In this document: positions 18,232 to 28,865 of the stretch, one piece after another
How positions within the stretch are numbered: position 1 is the first letter of the stretch
How the letters are laid out: each line of letters starts with the position of its first letter
Assembly: GCA_963579235.1 (NCBI GenBank)
Contig: CAUZFM010000003.1
Coordinates: forward strand, 1-51,439
Reading direction: 5' to 3'
DNA: 51,439 bases
Source of the DNA: an uncultured Candidatus Binatia bacterium
GTDB taxonomy: Bacteria > Desulfobacterota > Binatia > UBA1149
Program-made: the position numbers and the translations under genes
Notes under the pieces: generated by a model
Told to the model about the DNA's origin: nothing
The model's database searches: none
Seen by the model: the letters and a program-made list of their open reading frames with translations, nothing else

Positions 18232-19400
18232 TGACCGGCTCGGACCTGCCGATGAGGGTGCTCATAGTAACCGGCGCCAGCGATCGTTTTCACAGCGACC
18301 TGCCGCAGACCATGGCCCTGGTAGGTCTCAAGCACGCCGGCGTAGAAATAGAAGTAATGTGTCCCGACACCGCGCCGACGCGGCAGCTGATGGTGGACGC
18401 AGGAATCAGGGTAAGCCACCTGGCCATCGGCAACCGTTTTGATTTCGCCGCGCGCCGGGCGCTGCGTGAACGGCTGGCCACTGGTGGCTACGACATAGTG
18501 CACGCGTTCAACGCCCACGCACTGCAGAACGTGTTGCCGGCGGCCAGGGGTAGCGGCACCAGGGTGCTTGTTTATCGTGGCACTGTTGGCAACGTGTCGG
18601 TATTTGACCCGATGGCCTGGGCTACCTACCTGCACCCGCGCCTCGATCGTATAGCCTGCGTGGCCGACGCGGCCCGCGAGTTTTTTGACACGCAACTTCA
18701 CCTGCCCTGGTGGCGTTTTCCCGTCGGTAAGGCCGTCACCATAGCCAAGGGCCATGACCTTGACTGGTACCAGGAGCCCCCGGTTGCGCGCGCTGACCTG
18801 GGGGTACCCGATGATGCTTTCCTGGTTGCCTGCCTGGTCAACGAGCGGCCGCGCAAGGGCTTGTCGTATCTCGTCGATGCCCTGCCCGCCATGCGCTGTG
18901 AAGGCCGCCCGGTGCACCTGCTGCTGATAGGGCGTGTGCACGTAAAAAAGACCCTGGCTCGAATAGCGGCGAACAGCGCACGCGAGAGGATCCACCTGGT
19001 CGGTTTTCGCAGCGACGCGGCCCAGGTGCAGGCCGCCAGCGACGTGTGCGTGTTGCCCACGCTCAAGCGCGAGGGCCTGCCGCGCGCGGTGATAGAGGGT
19101 ATGGCCTACGGGGTGACGCCGGTTGTGACCAACGCGGGCGGCAGCAAGGAGCTCATCGTGGACGGCGAGTCGGGGCTGGTCATCGAGCCGGGGTCAGCGG
19201 TCGCCATAAGCGATGCGGTGAACTATCTCGCGGCCGACCCTGGGCGCAACCGGGCGATGGGGCAGGCCGCCAGGCAACGAATACCGAGTCATTTCAGCGT
19301 GGAGGCGACGGTTGAGAAAACGCTGGCTCTCTACCGCGAGTTGATCGCCGACGGCCGGATGGGAGGTGGACCCGCTGCGGGGGCAGGTCCGGTGGGGTGA
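18231..19400 (+). CDS. Glycosyltransferase family 4
   Basis: RKG and EGLPRAVIEGMAYGVTPVVTNAGGSKELI (GT-B retaining motif). Confidence 0.9.
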   Translation: MTGSDLPMRVLIVTGASDRFHSDLPQTMALVGLKHAGVEIEVMCPDTAPTRQLMVDAGIRVSHLAIGNRFDFAARRALRERLATGGYDIVHAFNAHALQNVLPAARGSGTRVLVYRGTVGNVSVFDPMAWATYLHPRLDRIACVADAAREFFDTQLHLPWWRFPVGKAVTIAKGHDLDWYQEPPVARADLGVPDDAFLVACLVNERPRKGLSYLVDALPAMRCEGRPVHLLLIGRVHVKKTLARIAANSARERIHLVGFRSDAAQVQAASDVCVLPTLKREGLPRAVIEGMAYGVTPVVTNAGGSKELIVDGESGLVIEPGSAVAISDAVNYLAADPGRNRAMGQAARQRIPSHFSVEATVEKTLALYRELIADGRMGGGPAAGAGPVG

Positions 19401-19469
19401 GCGACGGGATTTGAACCCGCGACCACCGGAACCACAATCCGGGGCTCTACCAACTGAGCTACGCTCACC
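19393..19469 (-). tRNA. tRNA-His(GTG)
   Basis: Reverse complement G-1 GTGAGCG...CGCTCAC-CCCA, anticodon loop TTGTGGT, GGTTCAAATCC. Confidence 0.95.
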
Positions 19470-19529
19470 GTACGCACCGCAGGACACGCGAAGTTAGCCA
19501 GAACACGCGGTGCTGTAAAGACGCTGAGG

Positions 19530-20123
19530 TCAGTCGATGCCGTGGTCTTTTTCCCAACGGGTGATCGCGTCTTCGTGACGCAGCGTGAGCCCTACCTGGT
19601 CCCAGCCATTGATAAGCCGGTCGCGCAGGAAGTCGTCGAGCTCAAAGGGAATTTCTTCGCCCGAGGGGGTAAGTAAGAGCCGCCGCTCCAGGTCTACCTT
19701 GAGCGCGTAGCCCTCGTTGGCCCGCAATTCCCCGAACAGCCTGTCGACGGTGTCTGCCGCCAGCACGACGGGCAGCATCCCGTTGTTGAAACAGTTGTTG
19801 TAGAAGATGTCGGCGAACGAAGGTGCCAGGATGCATCGTATACCGTAGTCCTTCAGCGCCCAGGGCGCGTGTTCGCGAGACGAGCCGCAGCCGAAGTTGT
19901 CGCGCGCGATCATGATCGAGGCTCCCTGGTAGCGATCGTGGTTCATCTCAAAATCATGGTTCAGCGAACCGTCGTCGTTGAACCTCCAGTCGAAGAACAG
20001 GAACTCGCCGTAGCCGGTCCGCTCCACGCGCTTGAGAAACTGCTTGGGGATGATCTGGTCGGTGTCGGCGTGCTGGGCGTCCAATGGCGCCAGTAGTCCG
20101 CTGAAGGTTTCAAACTTTTCCAT
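19530..20123 (-). CDS. leuD: 3-isopropylmalate dehydratase small subunit
   Basis: DTDQIIPKQFLKR, NFGCGSSREHAPWAL and SFADIFYNN motifs. Confidence 0.97.
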   Translation of the reverse strand: MEKFETFSGLLAPLDAQHADTDQIIPKQFLKRVERTGYGEFLFFDWRFNDDGSLNHDFEMNHDRYQGASIMIARDNFGCGSSREHAPWALKDYGIRCILAPSFADIFYNNCFNNGMLPVVLAADTVDRLFGELRANEGYALKVDLERRLLLTPSGEEIPFELDDFLRDRLINGWDQVGLTLRHEDAITRWEKDHGID

Positions 20124-20149
20124 TGCTGCCTGTTGTCCTGCCCGCGGGT

Positions 20150-21556
20150 CTACTTGTAATCCCAGTCACGCACGTCGGTAAAAGACCCCGTGACCGCCGC
20201 CGCGGCTGCCATCGCGGGGCTCACAAGGTGGGTGCGCCCACCCTTACCCTGGCGGCCTTCAAAGTTGCGGTTCGAGGTTGACGCGCAGCGGTCGCCCGGG
20301 CTCAGAACATCGTCGTTCATGGCCAGGCACATCGAGCAGCCCGACTCCCTCCACTCGAAACCAGCCTCGGTAAATACCTTGTCGAGCCCCTCGGCCTCGG
20401 CCTGGGCTTTGACCTGTTGCGAGCCCGGTACCACCAGCGCCTGTTCTACCTGGGCGGCCACCGTGTGACCGGAGGCCACGCGCGCGGCCTCCCTCAGGTC
20501 TTCTATGCGGCCGTTGGTGCACGAGCCTATGAACACCCGGTTGACCGTGATGTCGGTCATTGCCTGTCCCTCGCGCAGGTCCATGTACTGCAGCGCACGC
20601 GACGCCGTATCGCGCTCTGCGGCGTTGGCCAGGTCGGCCAGCGTAGGGGCCTGTCCCAGCACGCTGGTAACCATCCCCGGCGAGGTGCCCCAGGTGACCT
20701 GTGGCTCTACATCGGCGGCGTTAAGCTCGAGGGTTTCGTCGTAGTTGCAGCCTTCGTCCGACGCCCAGGCCAGCCAGCCTTCAGCCATGCTGTCGAAGTC
20801 GCGGCCCTCCAGGTATTCGCGGCCCTCGAGGTACGCCACCGTCTTGTCGTCGGGCGACACCAGGCCCGCGCGCGCGCCGGCCTCGATGGACATGTTGCAT
20901 ACCGTCATGCGGCCTTCCATGGAGAGGTCGCGTATGGCGCGGCCGGTGTACTCGATCACGAAGCCTGTACCGCCGGCGGTGCCCAGGCGGCCGATGATGG
21001 CCAGCACGAGATCCTTGGCCGTGACGCCGGCTGCGAGTTGGCCGTCGACCTTGACCTGCAGCGTACGGGCCGTGCGATTCAGCAGCGTTTGTGTGGCCAG
21101 CACGTGCTCGACCTCGCTCGTGCCTATGCCGAAGGCCAGGGCGCCGAAGGCCCCGTGCGTGGACGTGTGGCTGTCTCCGCAGACAACCGTCATGCCCGGC
21201 TCGGTCAGGCCGAGCTCGGGGCCGATGATGTGCACGATACCACTGCGCGGGTCGTGCATGTCAAAACACGTGATCGCAAACTCCCTGCAGTTGGCCGCCA
21301 GCGTTTCTACCTGGCGGGCCGACAGCGGGTCGGCGATGGGCTGGTCGCGCGAGGTCGTCGGTATGTTGTGGTCCATGGTGGCAAAGGTCAGCCCCGGCCG
21401 TCGCACGTTTCTTCCGGCCAAGCGCAGCCCCTCGAAGGCTTGCGGCGAGGTCACCTCGTGAACGTAGTGACGGTCGATGTAGAGCACGGGGTCCTGCCCG
21501 GGTTCCTGGTGGACGAGGTGCTCGGCGCAGATTTTTTCGTAGATGTTGAGCGACAT
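20150..21556 (-). CDS. leuC: 3-isopropylmalate dehydratase large subunit
   Basis: [43 protein letters not shown] and [12 protein letters not shown] motifs. Confidence 0.98.
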   Translation of the reverse strand: MSLNIYEKICAEHLVHQEPGQDPVLYIDRHYVHEVTSPQAFEGLRLAGRNVRRPGLTFATMDHNIPTTSRDQPIADPLSARQVETLAANCREFAITCFDMHDPRSGIVHIIGPELGLTEPGMTVVCGDSHTSTHGAFGALAFGIGTSEVEHVLATQTLLNRTARTLQVKVDGQLAAGVTAKDLVLAIIGRLGTAGGTGFVIEYTGRAIRDLSMEGRMTVCNMSIEAGARAGLVSPDDKTVAYLEGREYLEGRDFDSMAEGWLAWASDEGCNYDETLELNAADVEPQVTWGTSPGMVTSVLGQAPTLADLANAAERDTASRALQYMDLREGQAMTDITVNRVFIGSCTNGRIEDLREAARVASGHTVAAQVEQALVVPGSQQVKAQAEAEGLDKVFTEAGFEWRESGCSMCLAMNDDVLSPGDRCASTSNRNFEGRQGKGGRTHLVSPAMAAAAAVTGSFTDVRDWDYK

Positions 21557-21661
21557 TGCGGGGATTATTGTATGCCGCCGGGCGGCAATTTCAACGAGCC
21601 CGGCTGCTTGCGTGTTCGTCGCGTGCGCGCAAGCGTGGCTGTTTTACAGCGGTGCAACAGG

Positions 21662-23167
21662 TTGGCGGATAACGAAAAACAAGTGGATGTGGGCGAGGGC
21701 GACGCTGCGGGCGACCTGGACGTAGACCAGCAAGCCGGGTTCGTTGCTGACGCCGAGGCTTCACCGTCTTTGCCCTCGGCAGCCCTGGCAGCCCTGGCGG
21801 TGGGCGTGTCGCGTGCGCGCGGTGCCTTCGGCCCGCAGACCGGAACCAGCGCCGAACTGTGGGAGCTGGCCTGGCCTGTGATGCTGTCGCAGGTCATGGT
21901 CACGGTGCTCGGCCTTGCCGACATCGCCATGGTCGGGCGGCTGGGAGCGAACGAGCTGGCTGCCGCGGGTTACGCGACCCAGCTGCTGTTCCTTGGCCAG
22001 TCGGCTCTTTTTGCCGTGGGCTTTTCCTGCGTGGCCATCGTGGCCCGCGCCATCGGGGCGGGCCGGCGCGACAGGGCTCGCCACGCCCACGCTGCGTCGC
22101 TCATAGTTGCCGTGGCCACCGCCGCGGCCATCACCGCAGCTGTGCTGGTGAACCCGCGCTGGTTGCTGGGACTGCTCAACGCCGACGAGCAGGTAATAGA
22201 CCTGGCCATTCCCTACCTGCGCATGATCATGGCTTCGACTCTCATGCTGGCGGTCTCGCTCACCATGGAGAGCGCAATGCGCGCCGACCGCGACACCATG
22301 ACACCGTTGCTCATCGCGTTGCTGGTGACGGTGGTCAAGGTGCTGCTCAACCTCGGATTGATCTTCGGCATGTTCGGCCTGCCGCGCATGGAGCTGGCGG
22401 GAGCCGGCGTTGCTACGCTGGTGGCCCAGGCCTTGGGCGTGCTGCTGTTTGTCGGCGTCGCCCGGCGCGCGAGCGGAGGGTCGCCCATGGCCCTGACGAT
22501 TGCGGACTTCCGCGAATGTCGCGGCACGCTGCGCGAAGTCGCGCGCATAGCTGCACCCGGTATCGGCGAGAGGGTGCAACTGAACCTGGCCCTGCTGGTC
22601 TACTTCTCCGTACTCGGTCATTACGGCACCGTGGCCGTGGCTGCCTACACCGTGGGCGTGCGCGTGCTGGCGTTCTCATGGATACCGGGCACCGGCCTGG
22701 CCGCGGCCGTGGCCACGCTGGTGGGGCAGTCGCTCGGGGCCGGTGATGTTGAACAGGCCGAGCGGGCCGGCTGGCGGGCGGCGCGCTTGTCGCTGATGGT
22801 TGCGGTGGTGGTCGGCGCCGTGGGCGCGTTGGCCAGGCAACCGCTGGCCGAGGCCTTTACCGATGACCCTGCAACGCTCGAAGTGCTGGTGCCCTTCATG
22901 CTTTGCGTGGCCCTTGCCCAGCCCTTGCTGCAGCTGCACTTCACACTGGGCGGCGTGCACAGGGGAGCGGGCGATACGATGACGCCCATGCTCGCCGCGG
23001 CGGCGGGTAACTGGTTGGTCAGGGTGCCGCTGGCGATCCTGTTTTCGTGGGGGCTGGGGCTGGGGATCGTGTGGGTGTGGGCCGCCCTGGTGTTTGACCA
23101 CGCTTTGCGTGCCGTGTGGTTGGTGCTGACCTTCAAGTCAGGTTCGTGGAAGACGGCGCGGGCTTGA
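21662..23167 (+). CDS. MATE family efflux transporter
   Basis: LAWPVMLSQ...DIAMVGRLG, RADRDTMTP, TLVGQSLGAG and RGAGDTMTP motifs with about 12 hydrophobic segments. Start approximate (TTG 21662); the 916-aa ORF-track version includes an antisense shadow of leuC. Confidence 0.88.
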   Translation: MADNEKQVDVGEGDAAGDLDVDQQAGFVADAEASPSLPSAALAALAVGVSRARGAFGPQTGTSAELWELAWPVMLSQVMVTVLGLADIAMVGRLGANELAAAGYATQLLFLGQSALFAVGFSCVAIVARAIGAGRRDRARHAHAASLIVAVATAAAITAAVLVNPRWLLGLLNADEQVIDLAIPYLRMIMASTLMLAVSLTMESAMRADRDTMTPLLIALLVTVVKVLLNLGLIFGMFGLPRMELAGAGVATLVAQALGVLLFVGVARRASGGSPMALTIADFRECRGTLREVARIAAPGIGERVQLNLALLVYFSVLGHYGTVAVAAYTVGVRVLAFSWIPGTGLAAAVATLVGQSLGAGDVEQAERAGWRAARLSLMVAVVVGAVGALARQPLAEAFTDDPATLEVLVPFMLCVALAQPLLQLHFTLGGVHRGAGDTMTPMLAAAAGNWLVRVPLAILFSWGLGLGIVWVWAALVFDHALRAVWLVLTFKSGSWKTARA

Positions 23168-23204
23168 GGCTTGCCGCAATGACGCTCGCTGCTTTGGCGG
23201 CCGG

Positions 23205-24035
23205 CTACTTTCTGGCGACCACGTAGGCCACCCAGGCAGGTTCGGCGGGTGCGTTGGGACGGCGACGATATACACCGTTGCCCTCGCCGGTGTCCGAATC
23301 TTCGTCTTCCCAGTAAACCGAGCTCGATGAAAAACCGGCCTCTGCCAGCAGTTCGCTCAGCTCGGGAAGTGTCCACAGCCGCCAGCTGTAAGAAAAAGCG
23401 TTCTGCAGTCGGCTGCCGTCGCTAAAACGAAAGTGGATGCGAAACTCACAGTCGTGGCTTATGGGGTCAAAGCGTTTCTGCTCCCAGAGGTAGGTAAAGC
23501 CTTTCTCGCGGCGCACATCTTCGTGGTCTTCTTCCATGACCTCGCTGCCGCCCATCATGTCGAGCACCATCACGCCTTCTTTCTTGAGATTGGCGCGCGC
23601 GCGCTTGAGGTAAGTCAACAGTTCGGGCCTGGTCTTGAAGCACCAGAAAGAGAAGTTCTGCGCGGCCAGCACGTCGGCCCTGGGGCCGCGGCAGGACAAC
23701 ACGTCTCCCTCGCGCAGGTCAACGCGCGCAGACTGCTCGGGTTTGAGCTTGTCTATTATGTGCTCATGACCCCAGGCAAGCGGCTCGGGGTCGAGGTCGA
23801 CACCCAGCGCCCGGTTGTCGCGGTGACGACTCACCCATTCGGCACACACGGCGGCCGTGCCGCAGAAATCTTCGCGCAGGTCGCGCGGCGCGCCGTTACC
23901 GGGGTAGGCGTTGCGGTAGGCACGGATAAAAAAATCGACGTCGCTCTCGGGCGATTGCACCGTATCGAGGTAGAGCTGGTAGCGGTCGGACCGCGAGGCT
24001 ATTGTTGGCCGGTTGGGGCGACGGGTCTTTCTCAT
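23205..24035 (-). CDS. Class I SAM-dependent methyltransferase
   Basis: LREDFCGTA (motif I variant), GVDLDPEPL, EGDV and GVMVLD motifs. Confidence 0.82.
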   Translation of the reverse strand: MRKTRRPNRPTIASRSDRYQLYLDTVQSPESDVDFFIRAYRNAYPGNGAPRDLREDFCGTAAVCAEWVSRHRDNRALGVDLDPEPLAWGHEHIIDKLKPEQSARVDLREGDVLSCRGPRADVLAAQNFSFWCFKTRPELLTYLKRARANLKKEGVMVLDMMGGSEVMEEDHEDVRREKGFTYLWEQKRFDPISHDCEFRIHFRFSDGSRLQNAFSYSWRLWTLPELSELLAEAGFSSSSVYWEDEDSDTGEGNGVYRRRPNAPAEPAWVAYVVARK

Positions 24036-24168
24036 GGCGGCAGAACATATGCGCGAACGATTTAGATGTACAGGTGGTCAGGGCGTGCTGGCCCTGGCAG
24101 TGACCGGCGCCCTTCTGGTGTTGGCGCCGGGCCTTGCCTTGCCCGCCGCTGCCGATAAGCTGACGACC

Positions 24169-24603
24169 ATGAGTGCAAACAGGGTCACGTCAATCGAGGC
24201 AGCGGAAATGTTGGAGCAGGGCTACGAGTATCTCGACGTCAGGTCGCGACCCGAGTTTGACCAGGGGCACCCCAGCGGGGCCTGGAATGTGCCCTTGCTC
24301 AACGTAGGGCCGGGAGGCCGCATGCAGGCCAACGCCGATTTCATGGCGGTGGTGAAGGCCAACTTTGCCCCCGACGCCAAACTGCTGGTCGGCTGCAAGA
24401 GTGGTGGCCGGTCGGCCAGGGCGGTGCAGATGCTGGCCGAGGTCGGCTACAGTGAGCTCGTCGACGTCAGGGGCGGTTTCAGTGGTGAGCCCGACCCGGC
24501 CGGGGGGGTGGCGGTAGCGGGTTGGAAAGACTCGGGGCTGCCGGTGTCTGAGCAGCCCCAGGCGGGCCACAGCTACCCTGAATTGCAGGAAAAAGGGGAC
24601 TGA
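24169..24603 (+). CDS. Rhodanese-like domain protein (sulfurtransferase)
   Basis: YLDVRSRPEFDQGHPSGAWNVP and active-site loop CKSGGRS; start at MSANRV. Confidence 0.88.
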   Translation: MSANRVTSIEAAEMLEQGYEYLDVRSRPEFDQGHPSGAWNVPLLNVGPGGRMQANADFMAVVKANFAPDAKLLVGCKSGGRSARAVQMLAEVGYSELVDVRGGFSGEPDPAGGVAVAGWKDSGLPVSEQPQAGHSYPELQEKGD

Positions 24604-24636
24604 AACCCTGCTATGGCGCGTCGCGTCGGTTGAATC

Positions 24637-24671
24637 TTGACTTGTCAGTATAGTTTAGTCACACTGCCCGT
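24637..24671 (+). promoter_or_regulatory. Sigma-70-type promoter of the Rrf2-suf operon, with a possible overlapping Rrf2 operator
   Basis: TTGACT-N17-CACACT-N6-ATG, plus GACT/AGTC half-sites resembling IscR-type boxes. Confidence 0.55.
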
Positions 24672-25217
24672 ATGCATATCTTCTCGCAGGAAGAATACGG
24701 GCTGCGTTGCCTTGCCCAGGTCGCTCGCGCCAGCGAGCGCGAGGGGCCGCTGCGCATACAGGACATAGCCGAGGCCGAGGGTCTCAGTCACGACTACGTG
24801 GCCAAGCTCATGCGTGAGCTCAGGCGCGGTGGATTGGTGACGAGCACGCGCGGACCGTCCGGCGGTTACCGCTTGGCGCGCGACGCCAGTGACATCAGCG
24901 TCTGGCAGGCGCTGGGGGTTCTCGGGGGGGCGTTTTTTACAGACGAGTTCTGCGATTCGCATCGCGGCCAGTTGCGAGACTGCACGCACAGCGAGGACTG
25001 CTCCATACGCGCGCTGTGGGGATGGCTCAGTAACCTGCTCGACACCGTCCTGCAGGACATCTCGGTGGCCGACCTCGTGAACAAGGAGTGCCGCGTGGTC
25101 GAGTTGCTCGATGAGCTCAAGCGCGAAGTGCAACTGCCGCCCAGTCCCTTCGTGGCATTGCCGGCTGGCGCCGGCCCGGAAGCCGATGGCAACCCTTCAG
25201 TGAGGAGCAAGGCGTGA
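24672..25217 (+). CDS. Rrf2-family (IscR-like) Fe-S transcriptional regulator
   Basis: YGLRCL...IAEAEGLS...[14 protein letters not shown] winged HTH and three Cys (FCDSH...DCTHSEDC); leads the suf operon. Confidence 0.9.
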   Translation: MHIFSQEEYGLRCLAQVARASEREGPLRIQDIAEAEGLSHDYVAKLMRELRRGGLVTSTRGPSGGYRLARDASDISVWQALGVLGGAFFTDEFCDSHRGQLRDCTHSEDCSIRALWGWLSNLLDTVLQDISVADLVNKECRVVELLDELKREVQLPPSPFVALPAGAGPEADGNPSVRSKA

Positions 25218-26671
25218 GCCGCGAGACGAATACAGTTGACCAGGCGGTTGCCGATCACGCCGAATACGAGCACGGCTTTGTCACCGACATTGAATCGGAC
25301 ACCGCGCCGCCAGGCCTGAATACCGACGTCATACGCCTGATCTCGGGCAAGAAGAACGAGCCCGAGTGGCTGCTCGACATGCGACTGAAGGCTTTCGAGA
25401 GATTCGAGCGCCTGGCCAAGCACGGTGAGCCGGGCTGGGCCAAGGTCAACTACAAGCCGATCGACCTGCAGTCGATCAGCTACTACTCGGCCCCGAAAGT
25501 GAAGGAAAAACTCGAGAGCCTCGACGAGGTCGACCCCGAGCTGCTGAGCACCTTTGACAAGCTGGGTATCCCGCTTCACGAGCAGAAAATGCTCGCGGGC
25601 GTGGCCGTTGACGCCGTGTTTGATTCGGTATCGGTGGCCACCACTTTCAAAGCGGAGCTGGCCAGCCACGGAGTGATCTTCTGCTCCTTCAGCGAGGCGG
25701 TACTGAATCACCCGGAGCTCGTGCGCAAGTACCTCGGCAGCGTGGTGCCGGCCTCGGACAACTACTACGCGGCGCTCAACTCGGCCGTGTTTACCGACGG
25801 CTCGTTCTGCTACATCCCGCCGGGCGTTCGCTGCCCGATGGAACTGTCGACGTACTTTCGCATCAACGAGGCCAACACCGGCCAGTTTGAACGCACGCTG
25901 ATCGTGGCCGACAAGGGCTCCTATGTGAGCTACCTCGAGGGCTGCACTGCGCCCATGCGCGACGAGAACCAGCTGCACGCGGCGGTCGTCGAGCTGGTGG
26001 CTCTCGACGACGCCGAGATCAAGTACTCGACGGTGCAGAACTGGTACCCCGGTGACAAGGACGGCAAGGGCGGCATCTACAACTTCGTTACCAAGCGCGG
26101 CCTGGCCATGGACCGGGCACACATATCGTGGACGCAGGTGGAAACCGGCTCGGCCATCACCTGGAAGTACCCCAGCGTGATCCTGCAGGGTGACGACTCG
26201 GTGGGCGAGTTCTACTCGGTGGCGCTCACCAATAATTACCAGCAGGCCGACACCGGCACCAAGATGATACACAACGGCCGCAACACGAAGAGCACCATCA
26301 TCTCCAAGGGTATCTCGGTGGGCAAGGCCCACAACACGTACCGCGGACTGGTGCAGGTGGGACCCAACGCCGAGAACGCGCACAATTACAGCCAGTGCGA
26401 CTCGCTGCTGCTGGGCGACGAGTGCGGCGCGCATACTTTTCCGTATATCGACGTACGCACGCCCGACAGCCGGGTGGAGCACGAAGCGTCGACCTCGCGC
26501 ATAGGCGAAGAACAGCTCTTCTACCTCGCCCAGCGGGGTATAAGCGAGGAAGACGCGGTGTCAATTATAGTCAATGGATTTTGCAAGAGGGTGTTTCGCG
26601 AACTGCCCATGGAGTTCGCGGTAGAGGCCCAGAAGCTCATGGAAGTGAGCCTCGAAGGAGCGGTTGGATGA
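25214..26671 (+). CDS. sufB: Fe-S cluster assembly protein SufB
   Basis: [36 protein letters not shown] and [10 protein letters not shown] motifs. Confidence 0.98.
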   Translation: MSRETNTVDQAVADHAEYEHGFVTDIESDTAPPGLNTDVIRLISGKKNEPEWLLDMRLKAFERFERLAKHGEPGWAKVNYKPIDLQSISYYSAPKVKEKLESLDEVDPELLSTFDKLGIPLHEQKMLAGVAVDAVFDSVSVATTFKAELASHGVIFCSFSEAVLNHPELVRKYLGSVVPASDNYYAALNSAVFTDGSFCYIPPGVRCPMELSTYFRINEANTGQFERTLIVADKGSYVSYLEGCTAPMRDENQLHAAVVELVALDDAEIKYSTVQNWYPGDKDGKGGIYNFVTKRGLAMDRAHISWTQVETGSAITWKYPSVILQGDDSVGEFYSVALTNNYQQADTGTKMIHNGRNTKSTIISKGISVGKAHNTYRGLVQVGPNAENAHNYSQCDSLLLGDECGAHTFPYIDVRTPDSRVEHEASTSRIGEEQLFYLAQRGISEEDAVSIIVNGFCKRVFRELPMEFAVEAQKLMEVSLEGAVG

Positions 26672-27435
26672 GTTTGCTCAGCGTCAAGGATCTTCACGTA
26701 TCGGTGGCGGGCAACCGTATTCTTAACGGCCTCGACCTGGAGCTCGAAGCCGGGCAGGTGCACGCCCTCATGGGCCCCAACGGTTCGGGCAAGAGCACGC
26801 TTGCCCTGCTGCTGGCCGGGCATCCGGCCTACAAGGTCGAAAAGGGCAGTGCCAGTTACCAGGGGCGCGACCTGCTCGACATGGCCGCCGACGAGCGCGC
26901 ACGCGAAGGTGTGTTTCTTTCATTTCAGTATCCGGTGGAGATTCCCGGCGTCTCGACCGGCTACTTCCTCAAGGCTGCGGTAAACGCCGCCCGTCGTCAT
27001 CGCGGCCAAGACGAACTCGACGCCATGGATTTTCTCGAGATAGCCCGCGAGCAGCTCAAGCTGGTGGGCATGGACGAGGCCTTTCTGCATCGCTCCTTGA
27101 ACGAGGGGTTTTCAGGCGGCGAAAAGAAACGCTGCGAGATATTCCAGATGGCGATGCTCGAGCCCAGGCTCGCGATACTCGACGAGACCGACTCTGGTCT
27201 GGACGTTGACGCGCTGAAGGCAGTGGGCTCGGGAGTAAACGCCCTGCGCACCCCGGAACGCGGCATGCTGGTCATAACTCACTACCAGCGCCTGCTCGAC
27301 TACATAGTGCCCGACCGCACGCACGTGCTCATGGGCGGGCGCATAGTGCGCAGCGGCGACGCCGAGCTGGCCCGCGAGGTCGAGCAGCGTGGCTACGGCT
27401 GGCTCGAAGAGGAGGCGGCGGCCTCGGCTGCCTGA
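26668..27435 (+). CDS. sufC: Fe-S cluster assembly ATPase SufC
   Basis: [40 protein letters not shown] and ITHYQRLL motifs. Confidence 0.97.
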   Translation: MSLLSVKDLHVSVAGNRILNGLDLELEAGQVHALMGPNGSGKSTLALLLAGHPAYKVEKGSASYQGRDLLDMAADERAREGVFLSFQYPVEIPGVSTGYFLKAAVNAARRHRGQDELDAMDFLEIAREQLKLVGMDEAFLHRSLNEGFSGGEKKRCEIFQMAMLEPRLAILDETDSGLDVDALKAVGSGVNALRTPERGMLVITHYQRLLDYIVPDRTHVLMGGRIVRSGDAELAREVEQRGYGWLEEEAAASAA

Positions 27436-27440
27436 ACTCG

Positions 27441-28865
27441 ATGGCCGGTGAACACGCAGTAAGGCATTTCATGCAGTTGTGGCGCGATGGCCGCGGCGGC
27501 AGTGAGCCTGCGTGGCTCGAAAAGCTGCAGCGCACGTCGATGGTTGACCTGCGCGTGGACGGCTTTCCCGGCGTGCACGACGAAGACTGGAAGTATACCG
27601 CGTCGGTGGCCACGCGCGCACTCGACGAACACGACTGGCAGCCGGCGAGGATGCTCGTAGCTGGCGAGGCCACGGGCAAGGCAGCTGCAGAAGCGGCAGC
27701 CGAGTTGGCAGCCGGCTTCGCACGGGCCGCCCACGAGCGCGGCGCAGACCTGGCATTTTTTGTCGACGGCCGCTTGTCGGCCGAGCTTTCAAACTCGAGC
27801 GTCGTCGGCGGCGCTGGCGGGGGCGCCCGGGTAATTGGCCTTGCCGCAGCCCTGGCCGATAGCCCGGCAAACGGCGAACACGCGGCGCTGCTTGAACGCC
27901 ACCTGGGCTGGGCGGCCGATCACCAAAGCGCTATCACCCAGCTCAACACCGGCTTGTTTGGTGACGGTGCGCTGGTGCTCGTGCCCGATGGCTGCGCCTG
28001 CGAGCGAGCAGTTGAGCTGGTGTTCTTTTCGACCGGCAACGAGGTCGTCGCGCACCCCCGCGTGCTGGTGGTGGCCGGTGCCGGGAGTTCGCTCGATCTC
28101 ACCGAGCGCTACGTGGGCGTAGAGCCGGAGAGCGAGAACGTGGGCCGGAGCAGGGCCGTGACCAACCCGGTGACCGAATTGTTGCTCGAGCGCGACGCGC
28201 GCGTGACTCACCTGCGCTTGCAGGACGAATCGAAAGAAGTCGTGCATCTCGGGCGCATAGAAGCCCGTGTGCAGCAAGGCGCCGAGTACAACTCGCAAGT
28301 GCTGGTCGCCGGCGGACGCCTGGTGCGCAGCGAAGTCAGGGTGAGGCTGGAGGGCCGTGGCGCGCGTACCGTGCTCCGTGGCCTGTCGTTGGTCAGCGGA
28401 CGGCGGCTCGCCGATTTTCACACGCTTGTTGAGCACGTCGAGCCGGGGGGAAGCTCCGATCAACTTTATCGCTCGGTGCTCGACGGCTACGGCCGCGGTG
28501 TGTTCACCGGCCGGGTGGTGGTCCACGAGGGAGCGTCGCAGAGCAAGGCCGCGCAGCGCAACGACTCCTTGCTGCTCTCGGACGGGGCCCACGCGAGTTC
28601 ACGGCCACAACTCGAAATCTACAACGACGACGTATCGTGCACGCACGGCGCGACCACGGGGCAACTCGATGAGCGGAGTCTGTTTTACCTTCAGCAACGT
28701 GGCTTGTCGGTCGACGAAGCCTCGTCGTTGCTTGCCCGCGCCTTTGCCACCGAGGCCCTGCAGGGAGTCTTGAAGGGCGAGCTGCTCGATGAGCTCGAGA
28801 AGCTGGTGGCTGGCAGGCTGGCGACCGGGAGCCTGGATGTCGAGAGTAACGAGGTGCAGTCGTGA
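27441..28865 (+). CDS. sufD: Fe-S cluster assembly protein SufD
   Basis: EDWKYT, PQLEIYNDDVSCTHGAT and FYLQQRG motifs; position in the operon. Confidence 0.93.
   Translation: MAGEHAVRHFMQLWRDGRGGSEPAWLEKLQRTSMVDLRVDGFPGVHDEDWKYTASVATRALDEHDWQPARMLVAGEATGKAAAEAAAELAAGFARAAHERGADLAFFVDGRLSAELSNSSVVGGAGGGARVIGLAAALADSPANGEHAALLERHLGWAADHQSAITQLNTGLFGDGALVLVPDGCACERAVELVFFSTGNEVVAHPRVLVVAGAGSSLDLTERYVGVEPESENVGRSRAVTNPVTELLLERDARVTHLRLQDESKEVVHLGRIEARVQQGAEYNSQVLVAGGRLVRSEVRVRLEGRGARTVLRGLSLVSGRRLADFHTLVEHVEPGGSSDQLYRSVLDGYGRGVFTGRVVVHEGASQSKAAQRNDSLLLSDGAHASSRPQLEIYNDDVSCTHGATTGQLDERSLFYLQQRGLSVDEASSLLARAFATEALQGVLKGELLDELEKLVAGRLATGSLDVESNEVQS

Noticed and set aside
20417-21661. N-terminal ~415 aa of the 916-aa ORF, suggesting a giant MATE fusion
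   Set aside because: It is the antisense shadow of leuC; MATE similarity starts only after ~21850.
24866-26482. 538-aa minus-strand ORF (likewise 37787-39352, 33798-35246 and 17811-18995)
   Set aside because: Each lies opposite a well-conserved gene (sufB, hydroxylase, lyase, glycosyltransferases) and reflects GC3 codon bias.
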